Assembly: GCA_022711395.1 (NCBI GenBank)
Contig: JAKLFA010000001.1
Span: forward strand, 451,277-515,276
Direction: 5' to 3'
DNA from: Candidatus Omnitrophota bacterium
Lineage (GTDB): Bacteria > Omnitrophota > Gorgyraeia > Zapsychrales > JANLHA01
DNA length: 64,000 nucleotides
Positions 9,321 through 18,830 of the stretch are shown piece by piece. The stretch's first letter is position 1. Each line of letters begins with the position of its first letter. The position numbers were made by a program, and so were the translations under genes. The notes beneath the pieces were generated by a model that was not told the DNA's origin, ran no database searches, and saw only the letters and a list, made by a program, of their open reading frames with translations.

Positions 9321-10091
9321 ATGAAAGAACGCAGGGTTTATAAGAGAGAACAGGCGCAAACCCGCCAGGTCACAACGCCGACAGGGATCATAGAATACGA
9401 TCTGTTCCGTTCTCCACGCAGAAGAACGATGGAATTGAGCCTCTATGAGGGGGGGCGTTTGAGAGCGGTCGCGCCGAATTATGTTTCTGAGGAGCGGATC
9501 AGGTCTTTTGTTCTTGAGAGGGCCGCCTGGGTGCGGCAAAGGCTTAAAGAAGCCGATGAGCGCAACGCGTTCATCAACAGCCGCAAGTATCAGACCGGTC
9601 ATGAATTCCTGTTTTTGGGCCGCCATTATCCATTATCGGTTGAGCGGCAGCAGATCAAACGGGCAAAGGCGCTTTTTGATGAATCGGGATGGCTGATCAC
9701 GATCCCTTTGGAAGAACAGATAAAAGGCGGAGAATCTGTTATTAAAGATCAGCTTGTCTCTTGGTATCGCAGCCAGGCTCTTGAGGTTTTTGGCGGCAGG
9801 GTGTTTTTTTTCGCTCGCCGGATGGGCATGGAACCATGGAAGGTCAGTGTCCGTGCACAGAAACAGGTCTGGGGAATGTGCCATCACACAGAGAAAAGGA
9901 TCAGCCTGAATTGGAAATTGATCATGGCCCCGATGGACGTCATTGATTATGTCGTTGTGCATGAGCTGGCGCATTTAAAGCATCCTAATCATTCAAAAAA
10001 GTTCTGGTCTTTTGTGGAAAGTATTTTGCCTGACTATACCATCGCTGAGGACTGGCTCAAGCACCATCGGTTGGAGATGGTCCTGCCCTGA
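9321..10091 (+). CDS. YgjP-like metal-dependent hydrolase (DUF45 / M48-like, HEXXH)
   Basis: VVHELAHLKHPNHSKKFWSFVE signature. RBS aggggg. Confidence 0.8.
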   Translation: MKERRVYKREQAQTRQVTTPTGIIEYDLFRSPRRRTMELSLYEGGRLRAVAPNYVSEERIRSFVLERAAWVRQRLKEADERNAFINSRKYQTGHEFLFLGRHYPLSVERQQIKRAKALFDESGWLITIPLEEQIKGGESVIKDQLVSWYRSQALEVFGGRVFFFARRMGMEPWKVSVRAQKQVWGMCHHTEKRISLNWKLIMAPMDVIDYVVVHELAHLKHPNHSKKFWSFVESILPDYTIAEDWLKHHRLEMVLP

Positions 10092-10183
10092 GCAAGGCGA
10101 GGTATAAGGTTTGATTTTGCGGCGAATTTTGATAAAATAAAGCCCATTCCAATACAGATATCTCAAGAGAAAAGAAGGACTCC

Positions 10184-10762
10184 ATGAATCATTTAATTGT
10201 TTACAGCCATCCGAATCCGCAGAGCTTCAATAAGGCGATCTTGAACACATACCAGGGGGCGTTGCAGGGCCGCGGTCATACAATTCAGGTGCGGGACCTT
10301 TACGCGATGGATTTTGATCCTGTCCTGAGCGCGGATGATTTACGGATGCTTCACGATGGGAAGATCCCGCCAGAGATCAAAGCGGAGCAGGATCTCGTTC
10401 GCTGGGCGGATGTGATGACCTTGATTTGTCCGATCTGGTGGGGCGGGTTTACGGCAAATTTAAGAGGATATATCGATAGGGTGTTCAGCCTTGGTTTCGC
10501 TTATGAAGAGGGCCCGGCCGGGCCCAAGGGGCTTTTGGGCGGGAAAAAGATGGTCATTATCAACACGATGGGAGCACCATATCAGGTCTATGAACGGACC
10601 GGCATGATCAAGAGCATGGGGCAGGTGAGTGACGAATGCATAAGCCAATTTTGCGGCCTCACCGTTATGGAACATAAATATTTCGGTAATGTTGTGGGTT
10701 GTTCTGCTGAAGAGCGCCGGAAGATGCTTCACGAAGTCAAGATTTTAGCGGAATCAATTTAG
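10184..10762 (+). CDS. Flavodoxin-like-fold NAD(P)H oxidoreductase (KefF/MdaB/NQO-like)
   Basis: N-terminus MNHLIVYSHPNPQSFNKAIL is typical of NAD(P)H dehydrogenase (quinone) family. RBS aagaagga. Confidence 0.7.
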   Translation: MNHLIVYSHPNPQSFNKAILNTYQGALQGRGHTIQVRDLYAMDFDPVLSADDLRMLHDGKIPPEIKAEQDLVRWADVMTLICPIWWGGFTANLRGYIDRVFSLGFAYEEGPAGPKGLLGGKKMVIINTMGAPYQVYERTGMIKSMGQVSDECISQFCGLTVMEHKYFGNVVGCSAEERRKMLHEVKILAESI

Positions 10763-10775
10763 CTGGGAGATCATT

Positions 10776-11675
10776 ATGCGGAGATTCTTGATCGTTCTGT
10801 GCTGTGTCGTTCTTTTAACCGTAGCTATCGGCGGTCTGCTTTTGCTTCCGCAGGCGACGAATATCTTGATCATGCTGACCGAAGTTGGTAAGGTCCAGTC
10901 TTTTAGTGAGAGGTATGACAATGGCCGTATTCATAAAAAGGGTTTACTGAAAAATGGAAGTTGGCACGGAGAGTTGCGCACATTTTACGAGAATGGAAAA
11001 CTGAAATCGATCGAGCGCTTTTTAGATGGCGAATTGCACGGCAGGACGATCGAGTTCCATCCCAATGGCAAGACAAGCCGGGAGGCTGAATACCAATGGG
11101 GCCGCCTGCATGGAACGGTCGTGGAATACCGGGAATACGGAAAGATCCTCAAGGAGCTGTCCTTTCAACACGGACTTTTGAGCGGCCCGGCGAAGACCTA
11201 TGACGCCTGGGGAAACATCGAAAGCCAGCAGATATATAAAGGAAATGTCCTAGATGGTCTGGTCCAGGAGTATCATCCTAATGGGAATTTAAAGTTTGAG
11301 CAGATGTATGTCAATGGCAAAGCCCAAGGGAAATACCGCGAATATTATGAGGCCGGAACCCTTTCCCGCGAAATGGATGTCTTTGATGATAAACAAAATG
11401 GGACTATCCGGACATATTATCCTAACGGAAAGTTGAAGAGGGAGTGGTACGCGACAAATTTGGAAAGCAACGGTCCCAGCCGCAAATTCGATGAGAACGG
11501 ACGCCTGGTCGAAAAGGGTCAATATTGGGATGAGATTCCTGACGGGGAATTCGAGATCTATGAGCGGGGGGTGTTGTCCCAAAAGTATTTCTATGATCAC
11601 GGCAAAAAGGTCAAGATGCAGGTCTTCGCGGATGGCGAACTCGAATATGAAGAGGATCTTTCAGAAAACAATTAA
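10776..11675 (+). CDS. MORN-variant repeat protein (YwqK family), membrane anchored
   Basis: Repeated (Y)YxNGKLK(S/R)E... units. N-terminal TM/signal segment. Confidence 0.7.
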   Translation: MRRFLIVLCCVVLLTVAIGGLLLLPQATNILIMLTEVGKVQSFSERYDNGRIHKKGLLKNGSWHGELRTFYENGKLKSIERFLDGELHGRTIEFHPNGKTSREAEYQWGRLHGTVVEYREYGKILKELSFQHGLLSGPAKTYDAWGNIESQQIYKGNVLDGLVQEYHPNGNLKFEQMYVNGKAQGKYREYYEAGTLSREMDVFDDKQNGTIRTYYPNGKLKREWYATNLESNGPSRKFDENGRLVEKGQYWDEIPDGEFEIYERGVLSQKYFYDHGKKVKMQVFADGELEYEEDLSENN

Positions 11676-11735
11676 AAGTCTTTTGCCGGAAACCCGTCTG
11701 TATTAAAATGTATCTGATCATCAAGGAGGCAGCGG

Positions 11736-12128
11736 TTGGAGCGTAGGAAGATCCTAATTGTGGATGATGAGCCCGAGATCCTTCAGAGGCTCAAAGAGCG
11801 TCTGGAACGGGACGGATTTGATGTGTTAACGACGGCTTCCGGTCGGGACGCGATCATTCAGACCCGCATTCATCTGCCGGATCTTATTCTTGTAGATATT
11901 GTTCTTCCTGATATGGATGGGGCTGAGGTTGTACGGGAGCTGCATAATCATCCTGCCACGGTCGCTATTCCGGCAATATTCCTTTCCGGTATTATTTCTG
12001 AAAACCCGGACTCCAAAGACGGCGCTGAGATCATGGTCGCCGGCCGGACATATACTGCTTTGGGAAAGCCGTTCACTTACCGGCAGCTGAAAGAAAAACT
12101 GGACCATTTGCTGTCTTTGATGGAGTGA
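11736..12128 (+). CDS. Stand-alone response-regulator receiver domain (CheY-like)
   Basis: TTG start with RBS aaggagg. Receiver motifs ILIVDDEPE, DLILVDIVLPDMDG, and a conserved K. Confidence 0.8.
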   Translation: MERRKILIVDDEPEILQRLKERLERDGFDVLTTASGRDAIIQTRIHLPDLILVDIVLPDMDGAEVVRELHNHPATVAIPAIFLSGIISENPDSKDGAEIMVAGRTYTALGKPFTYRQLKEKLDHLLSLME

Positions 12129-12131
12129 CCT

Positions 12132-12392
12132 TTGGGGCCTGATGCTGAATCCTCCAGATCTTCCTTTATGAAAACGTATCATTTAAAAGTCATACCCGGG
12201 GCCAAGCGTAATACTTGGAAAGAGGAGGCCTCTGGGATCAAGGTCTACTTGACGGCGCCAGCTGTTGACGGGAAGGCGAATGAGGCTTTGATCGAATTCC
12301 TGGCAGAGAAGTTCCACGTCCGGAAATCCGCGGTAAATTTGATAAGAGGGTTGAAATCCCGCCATAAAACGGTTAGTATAAGTGATTCATAA
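12132..12392 (+). CDS. DUF167 (YggU/UPF0235) protein
   Basis: VYLTAPAVDGKANEALIEFLAEKFHV aligns to YggU APPVDGQAN. The start is TTG 12132 (GGAG upstream) or ATG 12168. Confidence 0.7.
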   Translation: MGPDAESSRSSFMKTYHLKVIPGAKRNTWKEEASGIKVYLTAPAVDGKANEALIEFLAEKFHVRKSAVNLIRGLKSRHKTVSISDS

Positions 12393-12416
12393 TTGGGCAT
12401 AGAAGGGAGCCGGGCA

Positions 12417-12866
12417 ATGTTATCGAAGAAGATCACCGAGGATTATATTCAGGCGATGAAGAGCCGCAATACGGAAAAGGCGCAGGCCTTGAATTTTCTA
12501 AGGGCCCAGATCAAAAATGTCATGGTCGATAAGCGGGTGACGGATTTGGATGACGCGGATGTGATCACTGTCATCAAAAAGCAGGTTAAGCAGAGACATG
12601 ATTCGATCGCTCAATATGAGCAGGGCGGCCGGGCCGACTTGGCGGCAAAAGAACGATTTGAGCTGGGGTTGTTAAAGGAATATCTTCCTCAGGAGATGTC
12701 CGCAGAGGAGCTGCGGCCGATCGTGGAACAAACGGTCGCGGAGGTGGGGGCCTCGGGGATGAAGGACATGGGCGCGGTCATGAAGGCCTTGATGCCTAAA
12801 GTCGCAGGAAAAGCTGACAATAAAACGGTCAGTGAATTGGTCAAAAACGTTCTATCCACGATGTGA
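12417..12866 (+). CDS. GatB/YqeY domain protein
   Basis: ATG at 12417 with RBS gggag. YqeY-family sequence (AMKSRNTEKAQALNFLRAQIKN ... KEYLPQEMS). Confidence 0.75.
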   Translation: MLSKKITEDYIQAMKSRNTEKAQALNFLRAQIKNVMVDKRVTDLDDADVITVIKKQVKQRHDSIAQYEQGGRADLAAKERFELGLLKEYLPQEMSAEELRPIVEQTVAEVGASGMKDMGAVMKALMPKVAGKADNKTVSELVKNVLSTM

Positions 12867-12880
12867 GGAAAGGATGAAAT

Positions 12881-15800
12881 ATGGCCCGTAAGGGAAAGTC
12901 AGAGCTGTTTCAATACCGTCTTGATGAGCAGGGACATTGTGTTCTGCAGGGATACAACCGCGCGAAACCTTTCAGTAATTTTTTTCCCGGGATAGCCGGC
13001 CTGTGGGGAGCGCCGATGTGGGTCTTTTATGTCAACCGGGGCCAGTGCATTTCAAGTTTCGGTATCGAGAGCAAAGACAGGGCCATGCTGGAATTTTTGC
13101 CTGCGAACAAGGCGTATCGTCAAACGCCCCTGCAGGGTTTTCGGACTTTCCTTAAGATCAAAAAGTCCGGCAAGACCTTTTATTGGGAACCGTTCCAGAA
13201 TGGTGGAACAGCGCAGTCGAGCGCGGAGCAGGTCTTGTCTATGACATCCTATGACCTTACGATCGAAGACCGGCATGGGCCTTCCGGGCTTCGGTGCCGG
13301 GTGAATTATTTCACGGTCCCGGAAGAAAATTTTGCCAGTCTGGTCCGGGTGGTGACATTGCAGAATGATTCTAAGACCGATCTTGCGGTGGAAGCCGTGG
13401 ACGGGTTGCCAGTATTTTTACCGTATGGCATGAACGATTGGCTGACAAAAAATATGTGCCGCACGGTCGAGGCGTGGGTCAAGGTCCGCAATTTGGAACA
13501 GCGGGCGCCCTATTATCAATTGAATGTTGAGGTGTCCGACACTCCGGATGTCCGCCATATTCGCGCGGGGAATTTTTATTTCGCGTTTGAAGAAGGCCGC
13601 AAAGGGCTTTTGCCGGCGATCGCCCAGGCCGAGTGTGTTTTTGGGCAGGCGACGGATTTTGTCACACCCAAACGGTTTCTTGAAACGGATGTTTTTAAGG
13701 TCCCGTCTGTTCAGCAGACCAGCAACCGCACTCCGTGTGCCATGGTTTTTAAAAAAGGAACGGTCGCTTCCAAAAAGACGGCAGCGATCATTTCTGTGAT
13801 GGGCCATGCCCATTCGCTTGAGCATTTGGAATCGATCGTTGGACGGGTTACGGAAAAAGGCTACATCAAGAAAAAATGCCTTCAGAACAGGGACATCGTG
13901 GCGGGTGTCAAGAATTACGCGTTGACAAGCAGTGCCCGTCCTGTTTTTGATCAGTATGCCGCTCAGACTTTTTTAGACAATGTGCTGCGCGGCGGGCTGC
14001 CGATCTCCTTGAAGACCCAGGACGGCCCGGTCGCGTTCAATGTGTTCAGCCGAAAGCACGGGGACCCGGAGCGGGATTATAATTATTTCCTTTTATCGCC
14101 CACGTATTTTTCCCAGGGAAATGGTAATTATCGTGACGTCAATCAAAACCGCCGTAATGATATTTGGTTCAACACGGATGTTTCCGATACCAGCATCTTC
14201 ACGTTTTTCAGTTTATCTCAAGCCGATGGTTATAATCCGCTGGTGGTCAAGGGGATGTCGTTTTTCCCAGAAAGCCCGGCCCGTTTAAAAAAGATCTTGC
14301 ATGAATCCCTTTCCGGGGATCTGAGCGCGCTTGATCCGCTTATGGAAAAAGGTTTTCAGCCTGGAGAACTTTTAGCTGTCGTGGATAAGGAAGGCCTGAA
14401 GCTGAAGGTTTCGCACGAAAAATTCTTGAGCCAGGTCCTTAGCGTCTGCCACAAACAGACCCTGGCGGATCATGGCGAGGGGTTCTGGGTCGATCATTGG
14501 ACCTATAATATCGACCTGATTGAAAGTTATCTTGCGATATTCCCCGATCATTTGAAGCGGATCCTTTTGGAAAAAAAGGAAGTGAGCTTTTATCATAATG
14601 ACCATTATGTGCTGCCGCGCGATCAGCGTTATATTTTAACCGAGCGCGGCGTTCGGCAATACCATTCGGTCATGGACGGTTCTAAATCCATTCCGGCAAA
14701 GGCGGGGCGTCATCTTTTGCGTGTTTCTGACGGAGAAGGGGATGTTTATTACACGAGCCTTGCGGCCAAAATGCTGTGTTTGATCGCCAATAAAGCCGCG
14801 ACCTTCGATCCGGCGGGGATCGGCATTGAAATGGAAGCGGACAAACCCGGATGGTATGACGCATTAAACGGCCTGCCGGGGCTGTTGGGCTCATCGACCT
14901 CTGAAATGTTCGAACTGAGGCGTTATGCGCAATTTTTGCTGGATGCTTTTAATGAACTGGGGCTGGATGATTATTATGAGGTCAGTCTGTTCGATGAGCT
15001 CGGAGAATTCATCAAGAGGCTCAGTGAGATCCTGGAAAAAGAGCAGGAGCCATTGGCCTATTGGCGAGCGGCCAATGATGTCAAGGAATCATACCGTTTG
15101 AGCGTTCGAAAAGGGATCCGTGGTGATGAAGAGGGGATATCGGTCGGGAATTTACGGACATTTTTGCAGAGGGTCATTGACCGGACGCATATGGCTGAAA
15201 ACCGGGCTAAGCAAAAGAATGGTTTAGTCGCGACGTATTATATGTTTGAAGTCCTTTCTTATGAGCATCTGCCGCAGTCGCATGACGGAAAACAGAACGT
15301 GATGCCCACTTTGTTCAAGGCGAGCGCGCTGCCGCTCTTTTTAGAGGGGATCGTGCACATGCTGAAGGTCACTCGTGACCTTTATGAAGCTAAAAAGATC
15401 TATCATGCTGTCAGGCAGAGCGGACTGTTCGATCAAAAGCTCAAAATGTATAAGGTCAATGAAGATCTGTCGGCGCAGAATGAGGACATCGGCAGGGCGC
15501 GTGTCTTTCCCCGTGGCTGGCTTGAAAATGAATCCATTTGGCTGCACATGGAGTATAAATATATTCTGGAACTTCTGCGGGTCGGATTATACCAGGAATT
15601 CGTTGAGACGTTTGATGATGTTCTGGTGCCGTTTCTTGACCCCGCTGTTTATGGGCGCAGCACGCTGGAAAACTCTTCGTTTTTGGTGAGCAGCGCTCAT
15701 GAGGACGAATCCTTGCATGGTCAGGGATTTGTGGCCAGGCTTTCCGGAAGCACGGCGGAGATGCTGCATATCTGGCTTTGGATGAATATCGGCCAGAACC

Positions 15801-16156
15801 CGTTCGTCGTGAATCATCAGAAGCAGCTTTGTCTTCAATTTGACCCGACTTTATCCAGGGCGCTTTTTATTTCCAGTCCTCAAACGTTCGGCCGGATCAA
15901 CAGGGCGGGCCGGTGGGAAGACGTCAAACTGCCGGCGCACACGTATGCGTTCCATTTTCTGGCCTCAACGCTGGTCGTCTATCATAATCCGAAGTCGCTC
16001 GATATCCGGCCCGATTCAGATTATCAGGTTGAGCGGATCGTTTTGACGCTATCAAACGGTCAGGAACATGTCTTTACGGATGGGTTCATACCGGCCCCGC
16101 ACGCTCAGCGTGTTCGTGAGGGTGGGGCGGACCGGATCGACGTTCATTTTGTTTAA
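12881..16156 (+). CDS. Large GH94-like glycoside phosphorylase/hydrolase homolog (beta-sandwich + (alpha/alpha)6 barrel; GH94/GH149/GH161-like)
   Basis: N-terminal beta-sandwich pattern YFTVPEENFASLVRVVTLQNDSKTDLAVEAVDGLPVF. RDxxQN motif YRDVNQN. Candidate catalytic PGWYDALNG. Size 1091 aa. No signal peptide. Confidence 0.55.
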   Translation: MARKGKSELFQYRLDEQGHCVLQGYNRAKPFSNFFPGIAGLWGAPMWVFYVNRGQCISSFGIESKDRAMLEFLPANKAYRQTPLQGFRTFLKIKKSGKTFYWEPFQNGGTAQSSAEQVLSMTSYDLTIEDRHGPSGLRCRVNYFTVPEENFASLVRVVTLQNDSKTDLAVEAVDGLPVFLPYGMNDWLTKNMCRTVEAWVKVRNLEQRAPYYQLNVEVSDTPDVRHIRAGNFYFAFEEGRKGLLPAIAQAECVFGQATDFVTPKRFLETDVFKVPSVQQTSNRTPCAMVFKKGTVASKKTAAIISVMGHAHSLEHLESIVGRVTEKGYIKKKCLQNRDIVAGVKNYALTSSARPVFDQYAAQTFLDNVLRGGLPISLKTQDGPVAFNVFSRKHGDPERDYNYFLLSPTYFSQGNGNYRDVNQNRRNDIWFNTDVSDTSIFTFFSLSQADGYNPLVVKGMSFFPESPARLKKILHESLSGDLSALDPLMEKGFQPGELLAVVDKEGLKLKVSHEKFLSQVLSVCHKQTLADHGEGFWVDHWTYNIDLIESYLAIFPDHLKRILLEKKEVSFYHNDHYVLPRDQRYILTERGVRQYHSVMDGSKSIPAKAGRHLLRVSDGEGDVYYTSLAAKMLCLIANKAATFDPAGIGIEMEADKPGWYDALNGLPGLLGSSTSEMFELRRYAQFLLDAFNELGLDDYYEVSLFDELGEFIKRLSEILEKEQEPLAYWRAANDVKESYRLSVRKGIRGDEEGISVGNLRTFLQRVIDRTHMAENRAKQKNGLVATYYMFEVLSYEHLPQSHDGKQNVMPTLFKASALPLFLEGIVHMLKVTRDLYEAKKIYHAVRQSGLFDQKLKMYKVNEDLSAQNEDIGRARVFPRGWLENESIWLHMEYKYILELLRVGLYQEFVETFDDVLVPFLDPAVYGRSTLENSSFLVSSAHEDESLHGQGFVARLSGSTAEMLHIWLWMNIGQNPFVVNHQKQLCLQFDPTLSRALFISSPQTFGRINRAGRWEDVKLPAHTYAFHFLASTLVVYHNPKSLDIRPDSDYQVERIVLTLSNGQEHVFTDGFIPAPHAQRVREGGADRIDVHFV

Positions 16157-16221
16157 AAAACGGACGTTGCCCACGCGTCAAGCTCCTTTCTTTCAGGTCC
16201 TGGATTTTATCCGGACCTGTC

Positions 16222-16250
16222 TTGACACTGATTTATCATGGTCTTAAAAT
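16222..16250 (+). promoter_or_regulatory. Sigma70-like promoter TTGACA-17-TAAAAT upstream of the Bat operon, preceded by a hairpin
   Basis: ttgaca at 16222-27 and taaaat at 16245-50. Hairpin caggtcc...ggacctg at 16194-16219 abuts the -35. Confidence 0.45.
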
Positions 16251-16308
16251 AATTTTTCAAATAGAGGTCAGAGATCTTTCCGTATTGACTATTTTCAAGG
16301 AGGGCGTC

Positions 16309-17304
16309 ATGTCTGAACAAGGAATCATGGCCATTAACGAGAAGGTCAAAAAGGAGAGCGCTTTTGTTGAGGCGCTTTTGTTTGAAACGCAGAAGATGGT
16401 CATCGGTCAGCGCTACATGCTGGAACGGATCATTGTTGGGCTTCTGGCGAATGGGCACATTTTGATCGAAGGGGTGCCGGGCCTGGCCAAGACAACGGCG
16501 GTCAAGGCGGTTTCCTCGGTCATTCAGACAAGTTTTCAGCGGCTGCAGTTCACTCCTGACATGCTTCCAGCTGATCTGACCGGAACGTTGATCTATGATC
16601 AGCGCACCAGCAGTTTTACCGTCAAGAAGGGGCCGATCTTCGCCAACATCATCTTGGCTGATGAGATCAACCGGGCTCCCGCGAAAGTGCAAAGCGCTCT
16701 TTTGGAAGCCATGCAGGAACGGCAGGTCACCATTGGTGAGGAGACATTAAAACTCCCGGAACCGTTCCTGGTCCTCGCAACGCAAAATCCTATTGAGCAG
16801 GAAGGGACGTATCCGTTACCGGAAGCTCAGGTGGATCGTTTCATGATGAAGGTCCGGGTTTCTTACCCGAGCAGGGCCGAAGAGCTGCAGATCCTTAAGA
16901 GAATGGGATTTACGGACCAAAAGATCCATCTTCAGGCGATCGTCTCTCCGGATGATCTTTTGAGGGCGCGCAAGGTCGTTGATGAGGTCTATATGGATGA
17001 GAAGATCGAGCAGTATATCGTTGATCTGATAGAGGCGACCCGCGATCCTCAGCGCTACAAACTGGATGAGATGAAAGCGTTGATCCAGTATGGGGCTTCT
17101 CCCCGGGCCACGATTCATCTGGCGGTGGCATCCAAGGCGTATGCCTTTTTACAGGGCAGAGGCTATGTCACGCCGCAGGATGTCAAATCGATCGGCATGG
17201 ATGTTTTGCGGCACCGCGTGATCCCCAGCTATGAGGCTGAAGCAGAGGATATGACGTCTGAGGATTTGATACAAAAGATCTTTCAAGAGGTCGAAGTTCC
17301 TTAA
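16309..17304 (+). CDS. moxR: MoxR-family AAA+ ATPase
   Basis: RBS aaggaggg. Walker A GVPGLAKT. MoxR signature ILADEINRAPAKVQSALLEAMQE. Confidence 0.9.
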   Translation: MSEQGIMAINEKVKKESAFVEALLFETQKMVIGQRYMLERIIVGLLANGHILIEGVPGLAKTTAVKAVSSVIQTSFQRLQFTPDMLPADLTGTLIYDQRTSSFTVKKGPIFANIILADEINRAPAKVQSALLEAMQERQVTIGEETLKLPEPFLVLATQNPIEQEGTYPLPEAQVDRFMMKVRVSYPSRAEELQILKRMGFTDQKIHLQAIVSPDDLLRARKVVDEVYMDEKIEQYIVDLIEATRDPQRYKLDEMKALIQYGASPRATIHLAVASKAYAFLQGRGYVTPQDVKSIGMDVLRHRVIPSYEAEAEDMTSEDLIQKIFQEVEVP

Positions 17305-17325
17305 AAAAGATAAAGGGACGGGACT

Positions 17326-18231
17326 ATGCAGACCAAAGACCTTCTTAAAAAGATACGCCGTATTGAGATCACAACAAACCGCCTTGTCACGGATGTCCTT
17401 GCCGGCCAGTATCACAGCGTGTTTAAAGGCCGGGGGATGGAATTTGATGAGGTCCGTGAATATCAGTTCGGAGATGATGTCCGCTCGATTGATTGGAACG
17501 TCACCGCCCGGACCGGAAGGCCGCATATTAAGAAATACGTGGAAGAACGCGAACTGACCGTCATGCTTTTGGTCGACGCTTCCATGTCCTGCGTTTTCGG
17601 CACCCGGAAAATGATGAAACGGCAGCTGGCTGCCGAAACCGCCGCCCTCCTGGCGTTCTCCGCGATCCGCAATAAAGACAAGGTCGGACTGATCTTTTTT
17701 ACTGACAAGGTTGAAAAATTCATTCCGCCGCGCAAAGGGAGGCAGAACGTCCTTCGGCTGGTGCGCGAGATCCTTTCGTTCGTTCCTAAGGGGTCATCAA
17801 CGGATATTTCACAAGCCGTAGAATATTTGAACCGTGTGACAACACGAAAGACCGTTTCTTTTTTGATCTCCGATTTTTTGGAAAATCCGGCCGTCATGGC
17901 AGAGAGGCCTTCGTTCCAAAAGGCGGTGACCATTGCGGGTCGACGGCATGACCTGATCGCTTTGGCGCTGTCCGATCCGGCTGAGGGCTCCATTGAAGCA
18001 AAGGGGATCCTGACTTTGGAGGACGCGGAAACGGGAGAGACGGTTCTTTATGATGCGGGCAGCCGCGCGCTGAGAGAAAAAATGGCAGAGCGATCTTTGA
18101 AGCGGATCGAACAATTGAGACGGTTCTTTCGTTCGGTGGGGCTGGATTTTGTGGGACTTCGGACGGATGGTGAATATGATGATGAGATCGTCAGGTTCTT
18201 TTTAGAGCGCAGGAGGCGTAAGGGGCGATGA
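17326..18231 (+). CDS. DUF58 protein (vWA-like partner of MoxR)
   Basis: QYHSVFKGRGMEFDEVREYQFGDDVRSIDWNVTAR is the DUF58 signature. Confidence 0.85.
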   Translation: MQTKDLLKKIRRIEITTNRLVTDVLAGQYHSVFKGRGMEFDEVREYQFGDDVRSIDWNVTARTGRPHIKKYVEERELTVMLLVDASMSCVFGTRKMMKRQLAAETAALLAFSAIRNKDKVGLIFFTDKVEKFIPPRKGRQNVLRLVREILSFVPKGSSTDISQAVEYLNRVTTRKTVSFLISDFLENPAVMAERPSFQKAVTIAGRRHDLIALALSDPAEGSIEAKGILTLEDAETGETVLYDAGSRALREKMAERSLKRIEQLRRFFRSVGLDFVGLRTDGEYDDEIVRFFLERRRRKGR

Positions 18232-18830
18232 TGCGCAGGGATAAAAACGTTCCGGGTCTGCGGGTGCTCTTACGGGGGGCAGCGATTTTTTTGTTAATAT
18301 CCGGGGATCTTTTCGCTCAGGAAGGACAGGATATCCGTGATATCCGTCCTCCCGTTGAGATGCCGGTATCATTGTTGTCCTGGCTGATCATCGTCGGGAC
18401 TGCAGTCCTCTTTCTTTTAGGATTTATGCTGCTGGCAGCGCTCTTTCAAAGAGGCCGGAAAACCGATAAGGTCATGAACCGAACGCCGTGGCAGGCGGCC
18501 AATGACCGTTTGGATATGCTGCAGGCCAAGCAGTATCCTGAGAAGGGGATGATCAAAGAATATTACACGGAATTATCCGATATCCTAAGGCGGTATATTG
18601 AAGAACGTTTTGCGTTGAACGCGCCTGAGATGACCACGGAAGAATTTCTGGGATCGTTAAGAATGTCTTCCGCCTTGAATGACGATGAGAAAATGAGGCT
18701 GTCGCGTTTCTTGAGCGGGTGTGATCTCGTGAAGTTCGCGAAACACCGGACAACACTTGCGGAGATGAAGGATGGGTTTGTTCTGGTCCGTGATTTTGTC
18801 CGCTCAACGCAACCTGTGGAGGCTGCATGA
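18228..18830 (+). CDS. Bat-operon membrane protein (DUF4381-like)
   Basis: Signal peptide and TM helix (LLSWLIIVGTAVLFLLGFMLLAALF). ATGA overlap with the neighbouring genes on both sides. Confidence 0.6.
   Translation: MMRRDKNVPGLRVLLRGAAIFLLISGDLFAQEGQDIRDIRPPVEMPVSLLSWLIIVGTAVLFLLGFMLLAALFQRGRKTDKVMNRTPWQAANDRLDMLQAKQYPEKGMIKEYYTELSDILRRYIEERFALNAPEMTTEEFLGSLRMSSALNDDEKMRLSRFLSGCDLVKFAKHRTTLAEMKDGFVLVRDFVRSTQPVEAA

Noticed and set aside
9030-9626. 198-aa reverse ORF spanning the end of the coiled-coil gene, its terminator and the ygjP start
   Set aside because: Runs through a strong intrinsic terminator hairpin and is antisense to two supported genes. Low-complexity translation.
16207-16692. 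161-aa reverse-strand ORF overlapping the moxR 5' region
   Set aside because: Overlaps the MoxR Walker A region on the opposite strand. No recognisable domains. MoxR with RBS and motifs explains the region.
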